From a virus, in the UHGV virus genome UHGV-0042155: DNA of 29,839 nt. One strand, 5' to 3'. The translations under genes were made by a program, and so were the position numbers. The notes beneath the pieces are model-generated. The model had not been told where the DNA came from. It saw nothing but the letters and a program-made list of their open reading frames with translations, and did not search any database. Within the stretch, counting starts at the first letter, position 1; every line of letters begins with the position of its first letter. Positions 9,082 through 16,917 of the stretch are shown piece by piece.

Positions 9082-9299
9082 TTTCTGTCCTTCAATTTTG
9101 AATAGCGTTCGTGGCTCATTACTTCCCAGCTCTGGCCGCCGTCGCGGGAAAGCAGGCGCCAGCGGAGATTCACACTCAGGCTCAGATAGCCAGTCTTGTG
9201 CATGCGGCGGGGGTGGATCCGCCCGGCGCGGTGCTGGCGCAGCACACGCACAGCCCTTTCGTGAACCCATTCAGGGATTCGGATCGCAGTAAGTGTCAT
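9078..9299 (-). CDS. hypothetical small basic protein (73 aa)
   Basis: ORF translationally coupled to its neighbours in the early-left operon. Confidence 0.5.
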   Translation of the reverse strand: MTLTAIRIPEWVHERAVRVLRQHRAGRIHPRRMHKTGYLSLSVNLRWRLLSRDGGQSWEVMSHERYSKLKDRK

Positions 9300-9535
9300 G
9301 AATGCTCCTGCGTGATGGCCGCTGTTTTCTTAGCATGTTCGACCAGCTCTGCCACAAGCTCATCAACCAGCAGCTTTCCGCTTTCAGTCAGGTATTCGCC
9401 ATGACCATTCACATCAACTGCATTCCGGTACAAATCGCGGATAGCTTTATCGCCTGCCACCGGGCCATGCTCACTTCGCGCCATTTTTTCAAACCGGCAC
9501 AGAAGCCCGTCGAATAAAATCTCGGTCAGCTCCAT
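9296..9535 (-). CDS. hypothetical protein (79 aa)
   Basis: Internal start MELTEILFDG... chosen; the start is uncertain. Confidence 0.45.
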   Translation of the reverse strand: MELTEILFDGLLCRFEKMARSEHGPVAGDKAIRDLYRNAVDVNGHGEYLTESGKLLVDELVAELVEHAKKTAAITQEHS

Positions 9536-9638
9536 GGTCGTTATTCCGCCTTTCGGAAGAGTAATAACAATGCAGGTTGTGCCTGTTTTACGTTGGTGGC
9601 GTAATAACGCTGCCTTTAAAATTCGGCGGCGGTAGGTT

Positions 9639-9842
9639 TCAATTACGTTGTTTTTCACGACGTTCAAACTCCGAATCCATCCACATTGAGACCTGAGCCG
9701 ACAAGTCAAGGCAGAGGCCAGACAGGGAAATTATTTGCTCGATATCCATATCAATAATATTGGAGTTGATTAACTCCATTAATTGATAAAGGTTATCTGC
9801 TGTATTTTTTGCGGTTTCTAGAGAACTGTCTCTACTGAGCAT
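9639..9842 (-). CDS. hypothetical small protein (67 aa)
   Basis: ORF in the early-left operon orientation. Confidence 0.45.
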   Translation of the reverse strand: MLSRDSSLETAKNTADNLYQLMELINSNIIDMDIEQIISLSGLCLDLSAQVSMWMDSEFERREKQRN

Positions 9843-9978
9843 ATTCAGACTCCGTAAGCTTTACGCATGAAAAGGTCAGATATATGGCGGTACTCGTCGC
9901 CATAGACCATAAAGAAAAGACATGCTGTTTTGTATGCCGCTTTATCGATTAACATTTACTTACCCATTTAAAAGTTGG

Positions 9979-10638
9979 TTAACGTGGTTGAGTAAATCGC
10001 TGTTGCATTCCCGCTATTTTTTTCATCAGGCCTGCATGTAGTAGTGGGTGAATCTCATCACATGTGGGCTTCCAGTCCTTAGCCTGTTGCATCTTGGCTG
10101 TGTGCCAGGCTAAGTGGGCTTCCTGTGTGGTGTTGAAAAGCCCAAGGTGTGAAATCTTTCCGTTTACGTTGATTCGTGCCCGAAACTTAGCGGACTGTTT
10201 ATGCCAGATAACACCCTGTGGGTATTTCCCTCGTAAACGGGCGCGATCACCTGTAAATAAGTTAAGTGCTGGGGGAACAAATACGCAGTATTCAGGACCA
10301 TATATCTTGTTACCATGGTGTAGCAGGTCCTTATCTAGCACATATCCATCGCGATAGTTTTCTTTCCAGAACGCCAGAAAGTTTGAGAATCGCAGCCACT
10401 CATCGGCAACAGTACATCCGGCGTAACTGTGCTCTAACTGTTCTGTGTGCGGTTTGTAGCAGCGAGATAACATGCCGCTCCAACGACGGTGAGCGCTGTG
10501 GTGGCACATTATTCCGTCGATGATAATAGTGCTGGGGAATTCTACGTCATAATGACCAACACCATACTCCAGGCTTTTTAAATGCCTACGCCGCGAAACT
10601 TTTGATTCAAGAAGACTATCTATTTCAGATTGGTTCAT
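9979..10638 (-). CDS. AP2-domain phage protein (HNH-endonuclease-associated family)
   Basis: GVIWHKQSAKFRARINVNGKISHLGLFNTTQEAHLAWH is a clear AP2 DNA-binding motif; Cys/His-rich N-terminal region. Confidence 0.75.
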   Translation of the reverse strand: MNQSEIDSLLESKVSRRRHLKSLEYGVGHYDVEFPSTIIIDGIMCHHSAHRRWSGMLSRCYKPHTEQLEHSYAGCTVADEWLRFSNFLAFWKENYRDGYVLDKDLLHHGNKIYGPEYCVFVPPALNLFTGDRARLRGKYPQGVIWHKQSAKFRARINVNGKISHLGLFNTTQEAHLAWHTAKMQQAKDWKPTCDEIHPLLHAGLMKKIAGMQQRFTQPR

Positions 10639-10707
10639 TTCAATCTCCTCTGAAATTTGGTTGCACGTATCCCCACCAGGGATGGTGTGATTTAAACTAC
10701 CTATTAA

Positions 10708-11127
10708 TTAATTTAATTTTATTTCGATGCTTTTCAGTAATTCATGTACCTTAATGGTATTATCGAAAATAAGTGATGCCATCAGGCAATCAGCGTCATC
10801 ACTGTCTTTTCCTGAAAAATATGATTCGTTATATACGTGAGCCAGTTCCCTGAGTTTTGCAGCGCTGACTGTGGCATAAAAAATATCATCGGCAATATCA
10901 TCTCTATTCCCGATGGGGGGGTTAACTGTCTTTGCAGTATTTGCTAACTCTTCGATGTATGCGTAAGCTGTTTCACGGGTTTTATCGAAAGAGCGAATGA
11001 GGCAGGCTAAGCCGCAATCAGTTTCCTCGTTCATTTCTTCGGTGTTTCTATAAATCATTTCCAGAAGAGTATTGCCTTCGGAAATCTGAGCGACGATATC
11101 ATGAAGCATGTCTAATGGAGTTTTCAT
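10708..11127 (-). CDS. acidic hypothetical protein (139 aa), second gene of an AT-rich two-gene operon
   Basis: About 19% Asp+Glu, net charge roughly -13. Its ATG immediately follows the TAA of the upstream gene (TAAATG). Markedly lower GC than the surrounding phage genes. Confidence 0.65.
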   Translation of the reverse strand: MKTPLDMLHDIVAQISEGNTLLEMIYRNTEEMNEETDCGLACLIRSFDKTRETAYAYIEELANTAKTVNPPIGNRDDIADDIFYATVSAAKLRELAHVYNESYFSGKDSDDADCLMASLIFDNTIKVHELLKSIEIKLN

Positions 11128-11340
11128 TTATTCATTCTCCGGCCAATCATAACCAAGTTCATGGTTTAGAACAGAAAGATTATCCCTTAACTGATTGATA
11201 CAAATTTTAATGAGTGCCGCTGGTTTATATGCAACATCTGGATCTGATTCTGCGTACTCAAGCGCATTGATTACACGATCAATATCCATCGCAATTTTGT
11301 GGACAGTTCCGTTCTCGGAAAGCATTTTCTCTACATTCAT
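11128..11340 (-). CDS. acidic hypothetical protein (70 aa), first gene of the pL transcript
   Basis: First ATG (11340) has a GGAG Shine-Dalgarno; the track's TTG start at 11400 would run through the promoter and operator. Acidic and AT-rich. Confidence 0.6.
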   Translation of the reverse strand: MNVEKMLSENGTVHKIAMDIDRVINALEYAESDPDVAYKPAALIKICINQLRDNLSVLNHELGYDWPENE

Positions 11341-11371
11341 TTCATAGGCTCCGTTGTCTGCTGATGAAGTG

Positions 11372-11400
11372 AATTTAGCAAAATGGTAAAAGCCATGCAA
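11372..11400 (-). promoter_or_regulatory. putative pL promoter with overlapping repressor operator
   Basis: Minus strand reads TTGCAT-N17-TAAATT. The 17-mer at 11374-11390 (tttagcaaaatggtaaa) matches the OR site at 12238-12254 at 15 of 17 positions with both half-sites identical. Confidence 0.5.
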
Positions 11401-11483
11401 ATGATAAATGCTAAATTATTTACTTTTTCTTTTATGTATTTGATAAATAATATAATTATTTATTATTATTCTTCGGTGGGCAT

Positions 11484-11511
11484 AAAAAAACCCACCATCA
11501 GGTCGGGTGGG
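11484..11511 (-). terminator. rho-independent terminator downstream of cI
   Basis: Stem cccacc (11491-11496) / ggtggg (11506-11511) followed on the minus strand by a T7 run (plus-strand A-run 11484-11490). Confidence 0.6.
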
Positions 11512-11529
11512 GGGGGGTAAAGATGGGGG

Positions 11530-12219
11530 TTACAGGGCGGGCATTTCATCATTGTCAACATAACGCGTATGCTTAACAATAGCTGAAACAAAATGCATTT
11601 TCTCGATGCTATCAGGACTTAAGGTGATGGGCCTGTGATCACTGTTTACACTTGAGAATTGATAATCGCCATCGCGAGTTTTACTCATGATTTTTATCAT
11701 GTTATGCCCATCTTTTGTTCGCACAAAAACCTCATCACCTGTATGAACTTGGGTGTTTGGCTCTATGACGACATATTCTCCAGACTGTATGCGTGGCCAC
11801 ATGCTGTCTCCCTTCACTTTCAGCCCATAGGCATCCCTATCCGCGCTGTATATTTGTAGCCATCCAGCGTGGATCTCTAGCATATCGATCATTCCGTCAA
11901 TCCCAAGAATCGCTTCCCCTACAACTGGTACAGCTCCCGGACGGACTGATCCGACATACTCCAACTCGCTTTTAATACTGCCAGGAGCATTGTGTGGACT
12001 ATCCAGCCACCCAAACGGACGATCCAAGGCCTGTTCAATCTTTCTGGCCATTTTGTCCCCTATGTTTCGATGGCTATTGCCCCCAAGCAACTGGCTCAAC
12101 TGGGCAGGGCTTATCCCGCACAATTCTGCGAAAGCTGCTTTTGTCGTATGTCTGTCGCGCTTCAGGAACTCAACAATGAGCTGCTCAAGGTTTGATTTGC
12201 GTATGCTTTTTATGTCCAT
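11530..12219 (-). CDS. CI-like repressor (HTH plus S24 LexA-type peptidase domain)
   Basis: N-terminal HTH (AAFAELCGISPAQLSQLL) and C-terminal S24 motifs (GDSMWP, Lys in NMIKIM); divergent from the cro-like gene across an operator region. Confidence 0.9.
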   Translation of the reverse strand: MDIKSIRKSNLEQLIVEFLKRDRHTTKAAFAELCGISPAQLSQLLGGNSHRNIGDKMARKIEQALDRPFGWLDSPHNAPGSIKSELEYVGSVRPGAVPVVGEAILGIDGMIDMLEIHAGWLQIYSADRDAYGLKVKGDSMWPRIQSGEYVVIEPNTQVHTGDEVFVRTKDGHNMIKIMSKTRDGDYQFSSVNSDHRPITLSPDSIEKMHFVSAIVKHTRYVDNDEMPAL

Positions 12220-12237
12220 GTCAAAATAATCTCATTA

Positions 12238-12305
12238 TTTAGCAATGTGGTAAATACACAAACTGCTAAATGATTATTGCATTTAATTTAGCAAAAAGCT
12301 AAAGT
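12238..12305. promoter_or_regulatory. OR-like operator/promoter region (pR, possible pRM)
   Basis: 17-bp sites tttagcaatgtggtaaa (12238-12254) and the perfect palindrome tttagcaaaaagctaaa (12287-12303), with further TGCTAAA half-sites between them; candidate pR is TTGCAT (12277-12282)-N17-TAAAGT (12300-12305). Confidence 0.55.
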
Positions 12306-12330
12306 TGATTCATTGCAACAGGAGACCGTA

Positions 12331-12558
12331 ATGAACAACCAATTACTTGCTTGGCGTAAGTGCTCAACAAAAGAGCAGTGGGCAGATCTTGCTAAAAAAT
12401 CAGGCACATCTCCGGGATACCTGAATCTCATTGCTTATGGTCATCGCAATGCTTCCCCCAGACTGGCATTGGCGATCGAGAGCGCATCAAAGTCATTCGT
12501 GAATAAGCCAGTTATTACAAAAGAACAGTTGGTTTTCAAGAGCGGTTCTGAGGTGTGA
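12331..12558 (+). CDS. Cro-like HTH regulator
   Basis: First ATG with an AGGAG Shine-Dalgarno (track start 12313 is TTG); small protein divergent from cI. Confidence 0.7.
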   Translation: MNNQLLAWRKCSTKEQWADLAKKSGTSPGYLNLIAYGHRNASPRLALAIESASKSFVNKPVITKEQLVFKSGSEV

Positions 12559-12559
12559 T

Positions 12560-12757
12560 ATGTCGCACTCGATCACTACCGAAAACCAAGTTAAGCCATT
12601 GGATATCGATTATCGCGATCCGCGCGGTGTGATTGTGCATGTCACCGGCTGGAATCGGGATAAACAGCAGGTGTACTTCACCAGGCAGAATTATCCGCAT
12701 GAATGCATGCAGCCTGTCTGGAAGTTTCAAAATTATTTCAGGAGGGTTGTGGAGTGA
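12560..12757 (+). CDS. small early-right protein (65 aa)
   Basis: ORF tightly packed between cro and the replication gene; its stop overlaps the GTG start of the next gene. Confidence 0.5.
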   Translation: MSHSITTENQVKPLDIDYRDPRGVIVHVTGWNRDKQQVYFTRQNYPHECMQPVWKFQNYFRRVVE

Positions 12758-13686
12758 GCAATTTCTTACAGCTCGTTGATCGTCCAATAGCCTTTCAACG
12801 GTCCTTCGTTCGCCTTGGCGTGGGTATTACAGGTGCATTGCTATTGTCACAGATTGTCTATTGGCAGAACCGCATGGAAGGGAATTGGTTCTACAAAACC
12901 CAGACAGATCTCGAAGAAGAGACTGGATTAACGCGTTACGAACAAGAGGGAGCGCGTAAAAAGCTGGTTTCCTGTGGCGTACTGGAAGAAGCAAAACGTG
13001 GCATCCCAGCAAAATTATATTTCAGAGTAAACCAGGAGCGCTTGGAAGAACTTCTACTTGGCGAAAACCAGCATGCAGGTATGGGGAAAACCAACAAACA
13101 AGGATGCGGAATTTCCGCAAACAGTGATGCGGAAAACCAGCATGCAGGTATGGGGAAAACCAACGAGCAGTCATGTGGAAATTCCGCATCCATTCATACA
13201 GTAGATTACCAGGAGACTACACAGAAGATTAATACAGAGAATAAATATCTTGGTGCATCGGCTGAAGCCGACACACCGAAAGTGAAATCTTCAACTGATT
13301 ATTCTCCTGCATTTGAAGAAGCCTGGCAGGCATACCCAAAACGTAGCGGTGGAAATAACAAGCTAAGCGCATTCAAAGCCTGGAACGCACGTATTAAACA
13401 GGGCGTAAAACCAGAGACGATGCTGGAAGGGGTTAAGCGCTACGCAGCTTTCATGGCCTCTGAGGGAAAGATCGGTACTTCGTTCGTCAAGCAGGCGGCG
13501 ACGTTCTTCGGGCCGGATAAACATTTCGATGAACCGTGGCTGGTAGAGACCCAGGAAAACAAAGTCCCTACCCGACAAGACCAGTCTCGCTACGAGTGGT
13601 ACGCAAAGTCTGATGACGGCTCTGCCGAGGTGTTTATCAATCAGTCAGCGATCGATCGCATGAACCGTGGCGGGTATCGCCCATGA
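12754..13686 (+). CDS. putative replication initiator/organiser
   Basis: GTG start at 12754 preceded by AGGAGG (the track's ATG at 12703 overlaps the upstream gene). Sits directly upstream of the primase-helicase and contains internal tandem repeats like ori inside lambda O. Confidence 0.7.
   Translation: MSNFLQLVDRPIAFQRSFVRLGVGITGALLLSQIVYWQNRMEGNWFYKTQTDLEEETGLTRYEQEGARKKLVSCGVLEEAKRGIPAKLYFRVNQERLEELLLGENQHAGMGKTNKQGCGISANSDAENQHAGMGKTNEQSCGNSASIHTVDYQETTQKINTENKYLGASAEADTPKVKSSTDYSPAFEEAWQAYPKRSGGNNKLSAFKAWNARIKQGVKPETMLEGVKRYAAFMASEGKIGTSFVKQAATFFGPDKHFDEPWLVETQENKVPTRQDQSRYEWYAKSDDGSAEVFINQSAIDRMNRGGYRP
13063..13200 (+). repeat. tandem direct repeat (two ~69-bp units) inside the initiator gene; putative ori iterons
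   Basis: Units begin at 13063 and 13132 with an identical 33-nt head gaaaaccagcatgcaggtatggggaaaaccaac; the 8-mer GAAAACCA occurs four times at 23/46/23-bp spacing; encodes a repeated peptide ENQHAGMGKTN. Confidence 0.8.
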
Positions 13687-13789
13687 AAATACTCCTCAAA
13701 CGTCTACTGGTTGCTGGCTATAACCGCGGCTTTTTGCGTGAGGAATTCGTGACTATGTGCTTTATAAAATTCGATTTACGGAGTGTGTG

Positions 13790-15661
13790 ATGACCCCTGC
13801 TGAGTTATCTGAAAAATTGTGGGACAACGCCGAAAGAGTTGCGAAATACCTGCTTCCACGAGGACACCTCGAGGGCAAGGAGTGGTGCGCTGGTAATACC
13901 AATGGTGATGCCGGTAAGAGCCTGAAAATTAATCTCGGTGGTAAGAAGACTTGGGCAGATTTTGCAAGCGGCGACAGCGGAGACCTGCTTGATCTTTGGG
14001 TGCTGGTGCGTAACTGCCAGCTGCACGACGCTATGCGGGAAGCGAAAGAGTTCCTTGGGCTGAAGGACGACGATAACCACTTCGAGGCGAAGAAAAAAAC
14101 CTTCTCACGGCCAACCAAAAAAGGCGTTAAAAAGGCGAGCCATTGCTACGACTACCTCTCTTCCCGTGGCATCACCCGAGAGACAGCTGATCAATTCCGT
14201 GTTTCGGACGCAGTCGTCTGGTACCACGATGAAAACCGCGAAATTCCGGCAGTGGCGTTTCCGTATCTTCGCAACGGTGAGCTTTTGCAGGTAAAGCGAA
14301 TCGGCACTGAACGACCAAATGGCAAAAAGTTGATCATGGCTGAAGCTGATTGCGAGCCATGTCTGTTTGGCTGGCAGGCTATGGACGCGAAAGCTCGCGC
14401 TGTTGTGCTTTGCGAAGGAGAGATTGACTGTATGACCTACTCGCAATTCGGTATCAGTGCTCTATCGGTACCGTTCGGCGGTGGAAAAGGGGCCAAACAG
14501 CAATGGATCGAATACGAGTATCACAACCTCGACCGATTCGAAGAAATTTGGTTAAGCCTCGATAACGATGATGTAGGGCGCGAAGCCGCAAAAGAAATTG
14601 CTCGTCGCCTGGGGGAGCATCGTTGCCGCCTGGTAGAGCTGCCGCACAAAGATATCAATGAATGTCTGACCTCCGGGATGAGCGAGGATGAAATCTGGCA
14701 CTACTTGGGGACCGCTAAATTCTTCGACCCTGATGAACTCTGCTCTGCGGGTGATCTCCTTCAGGAAACACTGGATGCATTCGAGCATCGAGATGTTGGA
14801 TTATTTTCCAGCCCGTGGGATTCGCTGAACAGTAATTTCAAATTCCGCGCCGGAGAGCTGACGCTGGTTAACGGAGTAAACGGCCACGGAAAAACCGAGC
14901 TGGTGGGACATATCGCCGTCAATGCCATGAGCCAGGGAGTCCGGGTATGCATTGCCTCGCTGGAGCTTAAGCCTGGGAAAATGTTGGCTCGTCTTACCCG
15001 GCAAACCATTTGTAGAAAAAACCCAGAACGTACTGAAATCATCATGACTAACGAGTGGTTTTCTGATCGTCTTTGGGTGTTCAAACTCACCGGAACAGCC
15101 AAGGCCGATCGACTGTTGGAAATATTTGCCTATGCCAGACGCCGCTATGGAATCGATCTTTTCGTTATCGACAACTTGGCAAAATGTGGACTCGATGAGG
15201 AGGACTACGGTGGACAAAAAGAATTTATCGATACCCTCTGCGACTTTAAAAACGAGCACAACTGCCATGTTCTGCTGGTAACGCATGCCAGAAAAACAAA
15301 CGAAGCTGCACCAACAGGGAAAATGGATGTTAAAGGCACTGGCGCTTTAACTGACATGCCCGACAACGTTATGGCGGTCTGGCGTAATATCCCGCGCGAA
15401 CTGGCGCAGCGCAAAGCTGAAAGAATGGGGTATGAGAGCCTTGATAAGGACGAACAGACTGCTATCCAAATGCCCGCTTCGATGATCCGCCTGTTGAAAC
15501 AACGTGAAGGGGAAGGCTGGATCGGAGACATAGGGGCTAACTTTGATTCCCGCTCACACCAGTTTATCGAGGGTGATAAAGGGCCCTTCAATTACTTGGC
15601 CGGCAAACAGCAAAGTGAACTTGATATTGAGTGGGAAGCCACCAACGCAACGAGGTATTAA
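13790..15661 (+). CDS. bifunctional primase/helicase (TOPRIM plus DnaB-like RecA-fold)
   Basis: TOPRIM motifs CEGEIDCMT and LDNDDVG; Walker A GVNGHGKTE and Walker B LFVIDNL in the C-terminal half; ATG 13790 with a GGAG Shine-Dalgarno. Confidence 0.85.
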   Translation: MTPAELSEKLWDNAERVAKYLLPRGHLEGKEWCAGNTNGDAGKSLKINLGGKKTWADFASGDSGDLLDLWVLVRNCQLHDAMREAKEFLGLKDDDNHFEAKKKTFSRPTKKGVKKASHCYDYLSSRGITRETADQFRVSDAVVWYHDENREIPAVAFPYLRNGELLQVKRIGTERPNGKKLIMAEADCEPCLFGWQAMDAKARAVVLCEGEIDCMTYSQFGISALSVPFGGGKGAKQQWIEYEYHNLDRFEEIWLSLDNDDVGREAAKEIARRLGEHRCRLVELPHKDINECLTSGMSEDEIWHYLGTAKFFDPDELCSAGDLLQETLDAFEHRDVGLFSSPWDSLNSNFKFRAGELTLVNGVNGHGKTELVGHIAVNAMSQGVRVCIASLELKPGKMLARLTRQTICRKNPERTEIIMTNEWFSDRLWVFKLTGTAKADRLLEIFAYARRRYGIDLFVIDNLAKCGLDEEDYGGQKEFIDTLCDFKNEHNCHVLLVTHARKTNEAAPTGKMDVKGTGALTDMPDNVMAVWRNIPRELAQRKAERMGYESLDKDEQTAIQMPASMIRLLKQREGEGWIGDIGANFDSRSHQFIEGDKGPFNYLAGKQQSELDIEWEATNATRY

Positions 15662-15662
15662 A

Positions 15663-15974
15663 ATGGATCGCCTAATTAGAGAAATGTCGTATCTCTTTAC
15701 CAAGCAGCGTTTTATGGAGCTTCAGGAAACGGCAAAAGACATCGCAATCGGTCATAGTGATTTTCCTGAGTGTTTCGGTCTTATTGCTGACGCCATCGCT
15801 GAATTTGTTGAAGACACTCCTGATGATGAGTGGCGAGAGCATGAAAAAATCCTTATGCACTACGTTGCTATGCGTGTTCTGACGCTGTGGGGTAACGGCG
15901 ATAAAGTGACTGATGTCCAGTGGGCGCACCCTGGCTGGTTTGGCACTGCTGAAAAGGGGGAAACCATTCAATGA
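15663..15974 (+). CDS. hypothetical phage protein (103 aa)
   Basis: ATG 1 nt after the primase-helicase stop; its stop overlaps the Q-like start. Confidence 0.6.
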   Translation: MDRLIREMSYLFTKQRFMELQETAKDIAIGHSDFPECFGLIADAIAEFVEDTPDDEWREHEKILMHYVAMRVLTLWGNGDKVTDVQWAHPGWFGTAEKGETIQ

Positions 15975-16807
15975 AGTTGGAAGCATCACTAAAACACTTT
16001 AGCCCTCAGGGTGTGCACATCAGCGACGACGTGAAAGGAACCTCTCCGGACCGCCTTACAGGAACAGATGTAATGGCGGCAATTGGCACCACCAGCAGCC
16101 GTGCGCGCTTCGGACTGGCGGCGTTCTTCGGTAAAGCGGGAATCAGCAAAACGGATGAACAGCTCGCAGTTCAGGCGCTGGCGCGATATGCGATGGATGT
16201 CGCACCGAAGAATGTTCGCAAAGCAGCTGGTGGGCAGTTCGGATGGTGCATGCAGATGTTGGCACAATTTGCCTTTGCTGATTATTCACGTTCGGCGGCT
16301 ACAAGCGTGACGTGTCACAGCTGCAGTGGTACCGGACGAACAACCCGCGAACAGATTACCCGCAAGGTTTCGTACCCATGGGGTAAAGCTCCATACTGGG
16401 CCTGCCGCTCTCGTGCTGTTCGACCGTCTGACTGGGAGCAGTGGATGGAGGTAACAGAGGTTGTACCGGCGGTCTGTGATGCTTGCGAAGGCAAGGGAAC
16501 GATCAGCGCCCGTTGTCGTTGCGGCGGTAAAGGCGAGGTTCTAGACCGCAAGGCCACAAGCGAGCGCGGCGCGCCGGTGTTTAAAACCTGCGAGCGCTGC
16601 AGCGGAAATGGATTTTCTGCGGTGCCGTCTACCGCAGCCTATAAAGTGATACTGAAGCGCGTTCCGGATCTGCACGTCAGAACATGGACTCGCAACTGGA
16701 AACCGTTTCTTGAGGCGCTGGTAAGCATTTGTCAGCAGGAGGAGGGAAACGCCGCAAGAGAATTTCAATCTGCAACCAGTTTAGGCGAAGAAGGTGACGA
16801 AATTTAG
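15971..16807 (+). CDS. Q-like late antiterminator (zinc-finger type)
   Basis: Three CxxCxGxG motifs (CHSCSGTGR, CDACEGKGT, CERCSGNGF); last gene of the early-right operon, directly upstream of a promoter-plus-terminator pair and the lysis cassette. Confidence 0.7.
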   Translation: MKLEASLKHFSPQGVHISDDVKGTSPDRLTGTDVMAAIGTTSSRARFGLAAFFGKAGISKTDEQLAVQALARYAMDVAPKNVRKAAGGQFGWCMQMLAQFAFADYSRSAATSVTCHSCSGTGRTTREQITRKVSYPWGKAPYWACRSRAVRPSDWEQWMEVTEVVPAVCDACEGKGTISARCRCGGKGEVLDRKATSERGAPVFKTCERCSGNGFSAVPSTAAYKVILKRVPDLHVRTWTRNWKPFLEALVSICQQEEGNAAREFQSATSLGEEGDEI

Positions 16808-16826
16808 CATTATTACGACATAAGGC

Positions 16827-16856
16827 TTGATTTTGTCCGAAGTTGTCGTGTATGCT
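16827..16856 (+). promoter_or_regulatory. candidate late promoter pR'
   Basis: TTGATT-N18-TATGCT between the Q stop and the tR' hairpin. Confidence 0.35.
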
Positions 16857-16896
16857 TCTAATCATGCGGAGTAACGCCTGAAAGATTTCAACAATA

Positions 16897-16917
16897 AGCC
16901 CCTTGCGGGGCTTTTTT
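16897..16917. terminator. tR'-like terminator, also 3' of the convergent 316-aa gene
   Basis: Stem agcccc / ggggct with loop ttgc, followed by TTTTTT on the plus strand. Confidence 0.7.

Noticed and set aside
8081-9709. Full-length track versions of early-left ORFs (8081..8434, 8668..9270, 9296..9709)
   Set aside because: Their N-terminal extensions overlap upstream genes and look non-protein-like; internal ATGs that create ATGA-type coupling with the upstream stop fit an operon better, so shortened coordinates were used.
11127-11128. Lambda N-type antiterminator at the head of the pL operon
   Set aside because: The first pL genes are acidic, and no Arg-rich N-like small ORF is visible anywhere between the pL promoter and int; early antitermination, if any, must work differently.
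11341-11400. N-terminal extension of the 90-aa ORF from the TTG start at 11400
   Set aside because: This stretch contains the promoter and the operator-like 17-mer, and the first ATG at 11340 has a proper GGAG Shine-Dalgarno.
14105-15591. Antisense ORFs within the primase-helicase gene (14105..14446, 14552..14788, 14761..15102, 14801..15286, 15205..15591)
   Set aside because: All lie opposite a strongly supported gene with clear TOPRIM and Walker motifs; typical GC-rich antisense open frames.
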